Assembly (NCBI GenBank): GCA_021800535.1
Contig: JAJYYV010000004.1
Coordinates: 16,007 to 80,006 of the forward strand
Direction of reading: 5' to 3'
DNA length: 64,000 nucleotides
Source of the DNA: a bacterium
GTDB taxonomy: Bacteria; Ratteibacteria; UBA8468; B48-G9; DTJG01
Shown: piece after piece, positions 49,605 through 59,871 of the stretch
Layout of the letters: the number at the start of each line of letters is the position of its first letter
Position numbering within the stretch: position 1 is the stretch's first letter
The notes under the pieces: generated by a model
What the model was told of the DNA's origin: nothing
Databases searched by the model: none
The model's input: the letters and a program-made list of their open reading frames with translations, nothing else
Translations under genes and position numbers: made by a program

Positions 49605-50858
49605 ATGGACACACAGGATATAGAAAAAAATTACCAGTCTGCAAAAAAAATATATATGGATTTTGGAGTGGATACGGATAAGGTTCTTGAAATAATGAAA
49701 CAAATCCCTGTTTCTGTTCATTGCTGGCAGGGAGATGATGTGGCAGGATTTGAAAAAACAGAAGGTTTATCCGGCGGATTAGTTGCAACAGGCAATTACC
49801 CCGGAAAAGCAACAACCCCGGAGCAGCTTCGTCAGGATATTGAAATGGCTTTATCTCTTATTCCGGGAAAACATAAGATAAATCTTCATTCCATCTATGG
49901 AGAAAATTATAAAGAAAGAGATAAAATTAGTATAAATAATTTTAAAAACTGGTTGAATTGGGCAAAACAGAAAGAACTGGGAATTGATTTTAATCCGACA
50001 TTTTTTTCTCATTCTATGGCAGATTCAGGTTATACACTTTCCAGCCAGGATAAAAAGATAAGAGATTTCTGGATATCGCACGCAAAAGATTGTAGAGAAA
50101 TCGCTTATTATATTGGGAAAGAATTAGGAATAATCTGTATACATAATATATGGATTCCAGATGGTTCAAAAGATATTCCTGCAGATAGAATAAGTCATAG
50201 AAAAATATTAAAAGATTCTCTGGATGAAATATTGTCAGAAAAGTATGATAGAAAATTTATGAGAGATTCTCTTGAAAGTAAATTATTTGGAATTGGTTCT
50301 GAAAGTTATGTGGTTGGGGCTTTTGAATTTTACTATGGATATGGTTTGAAAAATAATATTATGTTGTGTCTGGATACAGGGCATTTTCATCCTACAGAAA
50401 GTATTGCTGATAAAATCTCTTCAGTTCTTCTTTTTCAGGATGAAATGCTTTTACACATAAGCAGAGGAGTAAGATGGGACAGCGACCATGTTGTTATATT
50501 AAATGATGATATTATTTCAATTACACAAGAAATAAAAAGATATAATGTATTTGATAGAGTTCATTTTTCTCTTGATTATTTTGATGCCAGTATAAATAGA
50601 ATTACTGCATGGGTAATTGGAGCTCAGGCTCTTTTAAAAGCAATATTATTTTCTCTTCTTGAGCCAACACATTTAATCCAGCATGAAGAAAAAAATGGAA
50701 ATTTTGGCAATAGACTTGCTCTGATGGAGAATTTTAAGATGTTACCATTTGCTTTTGTGTGGGATAAATTCTGTTCTTTGTATAATGTTCCTATAAGAAA
50801 TAAATATCTGGACAATATAAAAGCCTATGAAGAATCCGTTCTCTTAAAGAGAAAATAA
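49605..50858 (+). CDS. rhaA: L-rhamnose isomerase
   Basis: HCWQGDDV, ATGNYPG, DFNPTFFSH, ESKLFGIGSESY and GVRWDSDHV motifs. Confidence 0.96.
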   Translation: MDTQDIEKNYQSAKKIYMDFGVDTDKVLEIMKQIPVSVHCWQGDDVAGFEKTEGLSGGLVATGNYPGKATTPEQLRQDIEMALSLIPGKHKINLHSIYGENYKERDKISINNFKNWLNWAKQKELGIDFNPTFFSHSMADSGYTLSSQDKKIRDFWISHAKDCREIAYYIGKELGIICIHNIWIPDGSKDIPADRISHRKILKDSLDEILSEKYDRKFMRDSLESKLFGIGSESYVVGAFEFYYGYGLKNNIMLCLDTGHFHPTESIADKISSVLLFQDEMLLHISRGVRWDSDHVVILNDDIISITQEIKRYNVFDRVHFSLDYFDASINRITAWVIGAQALLKAILFSLLEPTHLIQHEEKNGNFGNRLALMENFKMLPFAFVWDKFCSLYNVPIRNKYLDNIKAYEESVLLKRK

Positions 50859-50862
50859 ATCT

Positions 50863-51201
50863 TTATTGTTTTATCATAACAAGCATCATTTTAAATCTTT
50901 TTTTTGCTTTTAATGCATGAGGTTTTTTGGCAGGCATAATTATTAACTGCCCTTTTTTCAATATATATGAAACACCTGAAATTATAATCTCTGCCTCGCC
51001 ATCAAAAATATAAACAAGAGCATCAAAAGGAGCAGAATGTTCACTTAGTCCTTCTCCTTTATCAAATGAAAAAAGGGTAACTGTTCCTGTTTTCTTTGTT
51101 ATTATCTCTTTGCTTACAACAGATTTTGCCTGATAAGAAATTATTTTATCAACATCCATAGGGAAAGTTTCTATGGAATTTTTATTCTCTTTTGTATTCA
51201 T
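50863..51201 (-). CDS. Cupin-domain protein
   Basis: VTLFSFDKGEGLSEHSAP.DA...MPA..PHAL.A. Confidence 0.88.
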   Translation of the reverse strand: MNTKENKNSIETFPMDVDKIISYQAKSVVSKEIITKKTGTVTLFSFDKGEGLSEHSAPFDALVYIFDGEAEIIISGVSYILKKGQLIIMPAKKPHALKAKKRFKMMLVMIKQ

Positions 51202-51338
51202 TGATTTTTCCTTTTTTTTAGTTTTTAAAAGGTATTTATTTTTTAATAATATAATTTTTTATATGAATTGTCTAATAATATTTTCTCTTTCTCTAAAATA
51301 TTTATATTTCTTTCTTTTATTTTTTTTACATCACTTAT

Positions 51339-53018
51339 TTAAAAGACGGATTTTGCCGGGGGTGGATTTTTAGAAGAATCATCATCTTTATTTTGGTCTT
51401 TTCTTTGTCTTTTTTCAGGCAGAGGTTCATTCTCTACATTTTCCAAGTTAGGATTTAAAACTGTAAAAGAAGATTCTTCCTTATGGATACAAATTGCCTG
51501 AAAAGTTTTTAATTTCATAAATATTTCAGGAGGGAATATTCTTTTGTTCACTACTTTTTCCATTATTGAATGTAGTCTGGAAAAAATTCTATCAACTATC
51601 GTTTGATGAGTTTTTTCTATTGCTTTATAAGTCCCTGCCATTTTGCTGAAAACTTCAGCTGTTTGAGGGTCATTGATTTTTAATATAATATGTGTATTGA
51701 TACCCTGTAAAATTTCTGAACGGATACCTATTTTATCTAAATTCCCTATTGATGAATAAGAAATAGTTAGCATAAATTTACTTCCTCTTGCTTTTTCAAG
51801 AAAATTTGTAAAAGATGGTGTTATAAAAGATTGACATTCATCAATAAAAATTCCCATATATTTTTGATCTGGATTTTGTAAAAATTCTTTATTTTGAATC
51901 TCTCCACTTATGGTTGTTAGGTCTTTAATTATTATTTTACCTAACATTTTTCCAATTTTTTCATAAGATTGTGTATCTAATGCAAAATATATAATTTTAT
52001 TATTTTGATAGGCATCAAGCAGATTTATTTCACCCTTGGGGGATTCAAAAAGAAAACCAAAATTTGAATGTATAATACGGGATAACCATGCTGTAAGTGA
52101 ACTTATATCCTTTGAGTGGTTTTTAAGAAAGAATGCAAGTTCAGGATATAAAGTTCTGTCTGGATTTTGTAATATTTTATAAACCTGTGAAAAGGTTAGT
52201 TTTTCTTTGGAGTGTTTTTCATGGTCATTAAATAAATTCTGTAAGGCAGTTTCACAAAGAGATATATAGTGCCTGGAATCTGTTTCTTTATATTCTGCCC
52301 AATCCATAGCTCCTATTATTTTATCTGTTAACTGGCTTGAATTACCAATCTCAAATGGATTATATGTGAATGACCTTTCTAACTCTGATAAGGAAAGAAT
52401 GTTATAATCTTTTTCTCTATTGTGTTTTCTTATAAGATAGGATATTTTTTTTATATTATCTAAATTGGCTTTTGCATCTATAAATATAAGAGGTCTTCCA
52501 TTTTTTATATCATCTTCAATTAATGGCTCAAGTACTGCTATAGTTTTTCCTGAGCCTGTTGAGCCTACGACCTGACAGTGAAGTAGTCTTTCTTGTTCAG
52601 ATACATAGAGAGGAGTAATATTTTTGAATGTTTGATGCCATGGGATAGGTATTTTACAACCTAAATAGGCTCCCAATTTTTTCTCTTCACCTTGTTTTAT
52701 AAATTTTTCCACAGGGATGTTTTTAGGGATTTTTATTTCATATTCATCTACTTGTTTTTTTAAATTATCCGGAGGTAGAAAATAATTTATTAATCCTGTT
52801 AGTAATAATACTGTCATAACAAAAATAAAAACATAGAGATAGGTTGTTGAAAGTCTTTCAAAATTATAAACAATTCTTGCAAATAAAATAGTAGATAAAA
52901 TAAATATTGTAAAAAGGTTGATTTTCTTTATTTTTGTTTTCCATAAATATTTTATAGAGTTTAGTAGAAATTCAAAAAAATTAGTTATAAATATAAATAT
53001 TAATTTTAATATTGTCAT
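51339..53018 (-). CDS. VirD4/TraD-like type IV coupling ATPase
   Basis: N-terminal TMs; H..VVGSTGSGKT, FIDAK, YNPF, FIDECQ and ARG motifs; TAE.FS...G. Confidence 0.8.
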   Translation of the reverse strand: MTILKLIFIFITNFFEFLLNSIKYLWKTKIKKINLFTIFILSTILFARIVYNFERLSTTYLYVFIFVMTVLLLTGLINYFLPPDNLKKQVDEYEIKIPKNIPVEKFIKQGEEKKLGAYLGCKIPIPWHQTFKNITPLYVSEQERLLHCQVVGSTGSGKTIAVLEPLIEDDIKNGRPLIFIDAKANLDNIKKISYLIRKHNREKDYNILSLSELERSFTYNPFEIGNSSQLTDKIIGAMDWAEYKETDSRHYISLCETALQNLFNDHEKHSKEKLTFSQVYKILQNPDRTLYPELAFFLKNHSKDISSLTAWLSRIIHSNFGFLFESPKGEINLLDAYQNNKIIYFALDTQSYEKIGKMLGKIIIKDLTTISGEIQNKEFLQNPDQKYMGIFIDECQSFITPSFTNFLEKARGSKFMLTISYSSIGNLDKIGIRSEILQGINTHIILKINDPQTAEVFSKMAGTYKAIEKTHQTIVDRIFSRLHSIMEKVVNKRIFPPEIFMKLKTFQAICIHKEESSFTVLNPNLENVENEPLPEKRQRKDQNKDDDSSKNPPPAKSVF

Positions 53019-53045
53019 TTTTATTCCTTTTGTAAAAATAAAAAA

Positions 53046-53834
53046 TTAAAAAAGAGGGATGATAGTATCATTTATGTCATAGGCAATGCAATTTTTTTTA
53101 TTTTGAATGATATCAATATCCTGAATAAAAAAGAAATTGGATGGAGGAAAGATTTCTATTTGTTTGATGGTATTTTGCCAGTTTTGTTTAATCCCTATTA
53201 GATTATATATTATTATAACAGAATTATATCTGGCTTTTGATTGAGATAATAAATCATGTGCATTGTTCATAAGAATTTTTTTTGATTTAGGGGTAAGTTC
53301 TATTTCTATAGCAGCAATTTTATTCTGGGGTTTGTTATCATTATCATGTTTTATATAATGAATTTCGGCATCACATATTTTTTCTGTTTGTTGATTTGCC
53401 AGTCTATAGGAAGAAATATATCTTTGTAGACTATTTCCTAAAATCTCCTCCAGTATAATATGTATTTTAATCATGGTGGTATGATGATAAAAGGTAATAG
53501 GTTTATATTTACTTGAAATAAATGGTCGTATAAATTCCACCAGTCCTGATTGTGTAATTAGGATTTTCGTTGAAGTAGTAAGTATGTAGGCATAAGCTGG
53601 GTTCATGTGTGTTTTAAATGAGGATATAATCTTTTTACTTGACATATAATATAGAATATTTTGAGCTTTTTCTTCTGAACCAGAAAGTAATAATTTTATT
53701 TCGCTGCTTGTTATATATCCATATTCTGCTATAATTTTAATAATTTTTTCCTGAATATAAGATTGAAATACAATTCCTTTTTTTTGTTCCATTTTTTCAT
53801 ATAATAAATTTTTAAATAGGTGATATAATATCAT
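53046..53834 (-). CDS. wHTH plus PD-(D/E)XK-like protein resembling the replication-relaxation family
   Basis: N-terminal helix-turn-helix-like region; FYHH, ICDAEI and AIEIELTPKS motifs. Upstream of the coupling protein. Confidence 0.55.
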   Translation of the reverse strand: MILYHLFKNLLYEKMEQKKGIVFQSYIQEKIIKIIAEYGYITSSEIKLLLSGSEEKAQNILYYMSSKKIISSFKTHMNPAYAYILTTSTKILITQSGLVEFIRPFISSKYKPITFYHHTTMIKIHIILEEILGNSLQRYISSYRLANQQTEKICDAEIHYIKHDNDNKPQNKIAAIEIELTPKSKKILMNNAHDLLSQSKARYNSVIIIYNLIGIKQNWQNTIKQIEIFPPSNFFFIQDIDIIQNKKNCIAYDINDTIIPLF

Positions 53835-53919
53835 AAATAATATTTTGAATTAAATTTGACCTGCATTTTTTTATATGAAAATATCAGAAAATAGAGTGGA
53901 AGACTTAACCATAAATTAA

Positions 53920-54891
53920 ATGGAGATAAAAAATATGACCCCAAGAGAAAAATTTATTGCTGCTTTAGAAAGAAAACCAATAGTAGGACGCGTTCCACAT
54001 TTTGAACTTGTTTTTTTCCTTACAATGGAATCTTTTGGAAGGGTTCATCCTTCACATCGCAACTATGGACAATGGAATCAAATGAGTGAAAAAGAAAGGA
54101 ATCTTCATAGAAACGAGATGGCGGATATTTTTATTATGACAGCTGAAAGCTTTGGACATAGTGCCATCTTTATTCATCCAAATCCATGGGATATTGAAGA
54201 AATTTTTAAAATAATTGACATTATAAGAGAAAAAACGGGTAATAAATATTTTTTAATGATACATGGAGATGCTACTTTTGGTGTTCCGGATGGCAATCAC
54301 ATGGTAGAATTTGCTTATAAACTACAAGATGAATCTGAAAAATTAAAACAAGAAGCAGAAGATATGGTGAATAAAGCGCTTGAAAAAGCTGAAAAGATAA
54401 AAAAACATGGTGGGCTTGATGGTTTTGCTTTATGTTCTGATTATTGTTATAATACAGGTCCTTTTTTAAGCCCGGCACAATTTTCAGAATTTATTACACC
54501 ATATCTTGCAAAATTAATTAAAGGATACAGAGATATGGGTTTTTATGCAATAAAACATACTGATGGAAATATAATGCCTATAATAGACCAGTTAGTTCAA
54601 GCCAATCCGCATGCTCTTCATTCTCTTGACCCGCAGGCAGGAGTGGATATTGCAGAAGTGAAAAAGAGATATGGAGATAAAGTATGCTTAATAGGCAATG
54701 TCAATTGTGGATTTTTAGATACAGGAACAGAACAACAGGTAATAGAATCCTGTAGATATGCTTTAAAATCTGGTATGCCGGGTTATGGGTATATCTATTC
54801 AACAAGCAATTGCATTTATACTGGAATGAAACTTGAAAGATACCAGCTTATGCTTTCTGTATGGAGATTGGAAGGAAATTATTTAGGTTAG
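53920..54891 (+). CDS. Uroporphyrinogen decarboxylase / MtaA-CmuA family protein
   Basis: MTPRE, SDY, KHTDGNI, LIGNV and GYIYSTSN motifs. Confidence 0.85.
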   Translation: MEIKNMTPREKFIAALERKPIVGRVPHFELVFFLTMESFGRVHPSHRNYGQWNQMSEKERNLHRNEMADIFIMTAESFGHSAIFIHPNPWDIEEIFKIIDIIREKTGNKYFLMIHGDATFGVPDGNHMVEFAYKLQDESEKLKQEAEDMVNKALEKAEKIKKHGGLDGFALCSDYCYNTGPFLSPAQFSEFITPYLAKLIKGYRDMGFYAIKHTDGNIMPIIDQLVQANPHALHSLDPQAGVDIAEVKKRYGDKVCLIGNVNCGFLDTGTEQQVIESCRYALKSGMPGYGYIYSTSNCIYTGMKLERYQLMLSVWRLEGNYLG

Positions 54892-56111
54892 GTGTCAGGG
54901 AAATCATATTTTTTAAATAATTTTCTATAATAAACTACATATAAAGCTTGTAATCCTGCAGCTAAAAAGAAAGGAAATTCAAAATATCCGGAATCCATTA
55001 AAAGTCCTACCAGGTATGGCCCCAAAGATCGGGGAATCTGCATAGAAAATGCATTTAAACTTGTGGCAAATCCTCTTCTTTTATCTCTCACAAGACTTAT
55101 TACAACAGCCTGTCTTGGTCCTGCGGAACTTCTGTTAAATATTTGGTGTAAAACATATACAATTGCCGCTAAACTATAAATAGGCATAAAAGGAAGAATA
55201 AAAAGAAAAACAACCCCTATGGTTCTGGAGATTGTTGCTAATTTTATAAGTCCCATGGTTTTTGTAAGTTCTCCTGTATAAAAAGAAAGAATACCTGTTG
55301 AAAAAAATGTTGCAGCCAATACAGGCGCTATTAAACCTGCTCCAATTCCAAATCTTACAGCAAACCAGTAAGCAATCAGAGGGCTTTTTAAACCTATAGC
55401 AAGACCATTTAAAGAATTCAAAAAAATTAATTTTTTTAAGTTGCGGTTTTCTTTTTTATGTATTTCTATTTCTTCATTATGTGGAATTGGTTTGTTTTCT
55501 TCTTTTATTTTTGCAGGTTTAGATTTATATTCTTCGGTAGTTGTTATTAAAATAGGTAGAGTAATCAGGGCTATTAAAATAATAATAATAAAAAATGGTT
55601 TATAGGATAAGATATTATTATGATAAATATGGTTTAGTAGAGGATGTAGCATCGCTATCATTGAACCTATAGCCATTCCAAATGCACTTAGAGAATTTCT
55701 TAAACTAAGAATATGTCCTCTTTCTTTAGCCTTTATTTTTTCTGCAAGCCATGCAACCTCTGCAGGAGTAAAAATTCCTGCGCCTCCCATTTGTCCAAGT
55801 CCAAAACTTCCAAACGCAGAGGCTATTAATAAAAAATAATAGTTTGTTGTAAAAAGCATTATTGTTGCAGCTAAAAATAAAAGAAAGGTATATACTATTA
55901 AAAATGGTTTTCTTCTGTATTTATCACTTAACAATCCTATAGCTAATGTTCCACCGGCGCTAAATAAACTTGTAAAAGCATAAAGAATACCAATTAAAAC
56001 TCCACTATAATGGAGAGATTTTAAATATAGTGCAAAATTTACTATTAAAATTCCCTGGCCTATGCTTCTAAGAACCCTTGCAGTTAATAATTTTTTTATA
56101 TCTTTGTTCAT
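54888..56111 (-). CDS. MFS transporter
   Basis: About 12 TM segments and GLLSDKYRRK motif A. Confidence 0.88.
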   Translation of the reverse strand: MNKDIKKLLTARVLRSIGQGILIVNFALYLKSLHYSGVLIGILYAFTSLFSAGGTLAIGLLSDKYRRKPFLIVYTFLLFLAATIMLFTTNYYFLLIASAFGSFGLGQMGGAGIFTPAEVAWLAEKIKAKERGHILSLRNSLSAFGMAIGSMIAMLHPLLNHIYHNNILSYKPFFIIIILIALITLPILITTTEEYKSKPAKIKEENKPIPHNEEIEIHKKENRNLKKLIFLNSLNGLAIGLKSPLIAYWFAVRFGIGAGLIAPVLAATFFSTGILSFYTGELTKTMGLIKLATISRTIGVVFLFILPFMPIYSLAAIVYVLHQIFNRSSAGPRQAVVISLVRDKRRGFATSLNAFSMQIPRSLGPYLVGLLMDSGYFEFPFFLAAGLQALYVVYYRKLFKKYDFPDT

Positions 56112-56127
56112 AGGTTTAAGTTAAAAA

Positions 56128-56166
56128 TTAACACAAAATTAACACAAAATTAATAATTTCTTAACT
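56128..56166 (+). promoter_or_regulatory. Pho box-like direct repeats
   Basis: TTAACA, TTAACA, TTAATA and TTAACT at 56128, 56139, 56150 and 56161 (exact 11-bp period), upstream of pstS. Confidence 0.75.
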
Positions 56167-56228
56167 TTTTGTATTTATCATAATAACATAGAGAATAAAA
56201 ATATAATAATTACCGGGAGGATAAAAAT

Positions 56229-57332
56229 ATGAAAAAATTTTGGACTATATTAATAATTCTTTTGATAATAATTATCATTGGTTTAACCTTTGCGCATAAA
56301 CATTCTTTTTCGTCTAAACCTACGGAAGAAAAAGTATTGCTTGGAGCAGGTTCAACATTCGGATATCCGCTTTATTCTAAAATTTTTGATGTTTATTATA
56401 AAAAATATGGAATAAAAATCAACTATCAGCCTATTGGTTCAGGCGGAGGTATAAGACAGCTTAAAAATCATACTGTGGATTTTGGTGCTTCTGATGCCTA
56501 TTTATCAAAGACAGAATTATCTGAAATGGGTGCTCCTGTAGTCCACATTGCTACTTGTATGGGCTCAGTTGTTATTATGTATAATCTTCCAGCCTTACAG
56601 GGGAAACCACCACTCAGGTTTACTCCGGGTATTCTTGCTGATATATTCCTTGGAAATATCAAGAAATGGAATGACCCAAGAATTCAGAAAATCAATCCGG
56701 GAGTAAAATTACCGGATATGAATATAATTACCGTCCATAGGGCAGATGGTAGCGGAACAACTTTTATATTCAGTAATTATTTAAGTAAGGTAAGTCCGCA
56801 ATGGAAGAAAAAAGTGGGATATGGCATATCTTTAAATTGGCCTGCTGGATTGGCAGGAAAAGGAAGCCCTGGTGTGTCAGGTCTGGTAGAACAAACACCT
56901 GGAAGTATAGGGTATGTGGAACTTATTTATGCTTTACAGAATAATATCTCTTATGCATTAATCCAGAATAAAAGTGGTAAATTTATAAAGGCAACCCTTT
57001 CTTCCACCAGTATATCTGGCAATGTAAAACTTCCTGCTGATATGAGAGTTTCTATAACAAATACACCAGAAAAAGATGGCTATCCAATCAGCGGATTTAC
57101 ATGGATACTTGTTTATAAAAATCAGGATTATGCAGGACGAACTTTACAACAGGCAAAACAGGTAGTAAGTCTTTTATGGTGGATTATTCACCAGGGACAG
57201 AAATGGACAACTCCACTTTCCTATGCTCCTCTTTCTAAGGCTGCTGTTAAAAATGATGAGTCTATTATTAAATCAATAAACTATAATGGCAAATCTGTCT
57301 GGCAAAATAATCATAAAAACAATTTGAAATAA
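56229..57332 (+). CDS. pstS: Phosphate ABC transporter substrate-binding protein
   Basis: GAGST, YQPIGSGGG, DFGASD and HRADGSGTT motifs. Confidence 0.96.
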   Translation: MKKFWTILIILLIIIIIGLTFAHKHSFSSKPTEEKVLLGAGSTFGYPLYSKIFDVYYKKYGIKINYQPIGSGGGIRQLKNHTVDFGASDAYLSKTELSEMGAPVVHIATCMGSVVIMYNLPALQGKPPLRFTPGILADIFLGNIKKWNDPRIQKINPGVKLPDMNIITVHRADGSGTTFIFSNYLSKVSPQWKKKVGYGISLNWPAGLAGKGSPGVSGLVEQTPGSIGYVELIYALQNNISYALIQNKSGKFIKATLSSTSISGNVKLPADMRVSITNTPEKDGYPISGFTWILVYKNQDYAGRTLQQAKQVVSLLWWIIHQGQKWTTPLSYAPLSKAAVKNDESIIKSINYNGKSVWQNNHKNNLK

Positions 57333-57334
57333 AA

Positions 57335-58273
57335 ATGAATAATCTTAATGCGGATATATTCATTAAAAAGTCTCACAGGAATATACAAATTAGAGGAAAT
57401 AAATTTTCCGGTGATGTAGTTTTTAAAAAATTTCTTTTTTTCTCTGGGTTATGCATTATAATTCTTTTTCTTGCAATTTTTCTTTCTCTTGTTTTAAATT
57501 CCATTCCATCTATCAGGGCATTTGGTTTGAATTTTTTTATCACAAAGGTATGGTCTCCTCCTGATAGACAGTTTGGTGCTTTACCTTTTATTGTTGGCAC
57601 ACTTGCCACTTCATTTTTGGCTATAATAATAACAATTCCTTTTTCTTTTTCTATTTCAGTATTTACAGGAGAGTTTTATAAAGAAGGAGTTTTATCAAAT
57701 ATTTTAAAAAGTATGATTGAACTTCTTGCTGGAATTCCTTCAGTTGTGTATGGATTTTTCGGATTATTTGTTCTTGCGCCGGTAATAAGAACTCTGGAAA
57801 TGAAAATTGGTGTTTTACCCTATGGAGTTGGAATTTTTACATCATCTCTTATTCTTTCAGTTATGATTATACCATTTTCTGCTTCAATTGGCAGGGAAGT
57901 GATTAATATGGTTCCTGCAGATATTAAAGAAGCAGCTTATTCTTTAGGAGGAACACATTATGAAGTTATCAGAAGTACTGTAATTCCTTATGCCAAAAGT
58001 GGTATTTTTGCCGGAATTTTACTTGCTCTTGGAAGGGCATTGGGGGAAACAATGGCAGTTACAATGATAATTGGTAATTCAGATTTTTTACCACATAGCA
58101 TTTTTAGTCCTGCAAATACAATGGCAAGTGTTATAGCCAATGAGTTTACAGAGGCAACAGGAACACTTTATCTGTCAAGTTTAATAGAAATAGGGGTCGT
58201 TCTTTTTATTATTACAGGAATTATTAATATTCTTGGTAAAATTATAATTAAAAAATTAATGGTGGAAATCTAA
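57335..58273 (+). CDS. pstC: Phosphate ABC transporter permease
   Basis: ELLAGIPSVVYG and LGRALGETMAV motifs. Confidence 0.95.
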   Translation: MNNLNADIFIKKSHRNIQIRGNKFSGDVVFKKFLFFSGLCIIILFLAIFLSLVLNSIPSIRAFGLNFFITKVWSPPDRQFGALPFIVGTLATSFLAIIITIPFSFSISVFTGEFYKEGVLSNILKSMIELLAGIPSVVYGFFGLFVLAPVIRTLEMKIGVLPYGVGIFTSSLILSVMIIPFSASIGREVINMVPADIKEAAYSLGGTHYEVIRSTVIPYAKSGIFAGILLALGRALGETMAVTMIIGNSDFLPHSIFSPANTMASVIANEFTEATGTLYLSSLIEIGVVLFIITGIINILGKIIIKKLMVEI

Positions 58274-58276
58274 AAA

Positions 58277-59119
58277 ATGAATAATATTTTTAAAAGAACT
58301 GTTAAAGACAAAGCATTCAAATATATTATAGTATTGTTTTCCTTTATTTCTGTTGTTCCTCTTATTTTTATTCTTTTATATATTTTTAAAAATGGTATTT
58401 CCGCTATAAATTTAAAATTTTTTACCCATCTGCCAAAACCTGTTGGTGAAAAAGGCGGTGGGATATCAAATGCAATTATAGGAACCTTTATGATTGTTAT
58501 TATTGCTTCTTTAGTGGCTATTCCTATTGGTATAATAGTTGGTGTTTTTTTATCAGAAAATAAAAAAAGCAGATTTGCTGAATTTGTAAGAACCAGTACG
58601 GATATTTTGTTAAGTATTCCTTCAATTGTTATAGGTATAGTAGCCTATATATGGCTGGTTAAGTCTATGGGTGATTTTTCTGCTTTATCAGGAGGTATTG
58701 CTCTTGCAATTATGATGCTTCCTGTTATAATAAAATCTACGGAAGAAACATTAAAACTTATTCCTGACCATTTAAAAGAAGCATCTCTGGCTTTAGGAGT
58801 CCCTTATTACAGAACAATTTTAAAGGTTATTCTTCCTGCAGGAATAAGTGGTATTATTACAGGTATTTTGCTTGGCATTGCCCGTATTGCCGGAGAGACT
58901 GCTCCACTGCTTTTTACAGCCTTTGGGAATCCGTTTATGAACATAAATATTTTAAGGCCGGTCAATGCTTTGCCGTTATTGATTTATAATTATGCAATGA
59001 GTCCCTATCATCAATGGCATAAGATTGCCTGGGGTGCTGCTCTGGTTCTTATAATACTTGTTTTAATATTAAATATTATAGCCAAAATAGTGATAAAAAA
59101 ATGGAAAGTGCAATTTTAA
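58277..59119 (+). CDS. pstA: Phosphate ABC transporter permease
   Basis: IPSIVIG, EASLALG and ARIAGETAPL motifs. Confidence 0.95.
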   Translation: MNNIFKRTVKDKAFKYIIVLFSFISVVPLIFILLYIFKNGISAINLKFFTHLPKPVGEKGGGISNAIIGTFMIVIIASLVAIPIGIIVGVFLSENKKSRFAEFVRTSTDILLSIPSIVIGIVAYIWLVKSMGDFSALSGGIALAIMMLPVIIKSTEETLKLIPDHLKEASLALGVPYYRTILKVILPAGISGIITGILLGIARIAGETAPLLFTAFGNPFMNINILRPVNALPLLIYNYAMSPYHQWHKIAWGAALVLIILVLILNIIAKIVIKKWKVQF

Positions 59120-59859
59120 AAATTGAGAATTTTTATGCATATTTTGGGGAAACAGAAATTTTAAAAAATATTAATCTTTCAATATTTCCTAATCAGACTA
59201 CTGCTATTATGGGTCCTTCAGGATGTGGAAAAACAACCCTTATAAGATGTATAAACAGAATGCATGAATTTGTTCAAAATGCAAGAGTTTCAGGGAAAAT
59301 TTTTTTATATGACCAGGATATTTATTCTTCAAATCCCATAGTAATAAGAAGAAAAATAGGAATGGTATTTCAGAAACCAAATCCTTTTCCAACAATGAGT
59401 ATATATGAAAATGTTATATCCGGTTTTACGCTTAATGGAATAAAACTAAAAAAAAGTGAAAAAGACAGAATTGTAGAAGATTCCTTAAAAAAAGCAGAAC
59501 TATGGGATGAAGTAAAAAATAATATTTATAGAAAAGGAACATTTTTATCAGGGGGCCAGCAGCAAAGACTATGTATAGCACGAGCGCTGGCAATGAATCC
59601 GGATATTTTGCTCCTTGATGAACCAACATCTGCTTTAGACCCAAAATCAACATCTGCAATAGAATCATTAATAATAGAACTAAAGAAAACTGTTACTATT
59701 ATTATTGTTACACATAATACTGCCCAGGCAGCACGTATTTCTGATAGAACAGCATTTCTTTATTTAGGGGAAATGATTGAATATGATATAACAGAAAAAA
59801 TGTTTACTGTTCCCAAAGATAAAAGAACAGAAGAATATCTTACAGGGAAATTTGGATAA
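59101..59859 (+). CDS. pstB: Phosphate ABC transporter ATPase
   Basis: GPSGCGKT, MVFQKPNPF, LSGGQQQRLCIAR and TEEYLTGKFG motifs. Confidence 0.96.
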   Translation: MESAILKIENFYAYFGETEILKNINLSIFPNQTTAIMGPSGCGKTTLIRCINRMHEFVQNARVSGKIFLYDQDIYSSNPIVIRRKIGMVFQKPNPFPTMSIYENVISGFTLNGIKLKKSEKDRIVEDSLKKAELWDEVKNNIYRKGTFLSGGQQQRLCIARALAMNPDILLLDEPTSALDPKSTSAIESLIIELKKTVTIIIVTHNTAQAARISDRTAFLYLGEMIEYDITEKMFTVPKDKRTEEYLTGKFG

Positions 59860-59871
59860 GGAGAAAACACA

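Noticed and set aside
51255..53879. TTTTTTATATGAA direct repeat flanking the coupling-protein pair as att sites
   Set aside because: A 13-bp, almost all-AT match is plausible by chance in this genome, and there is no integrase.
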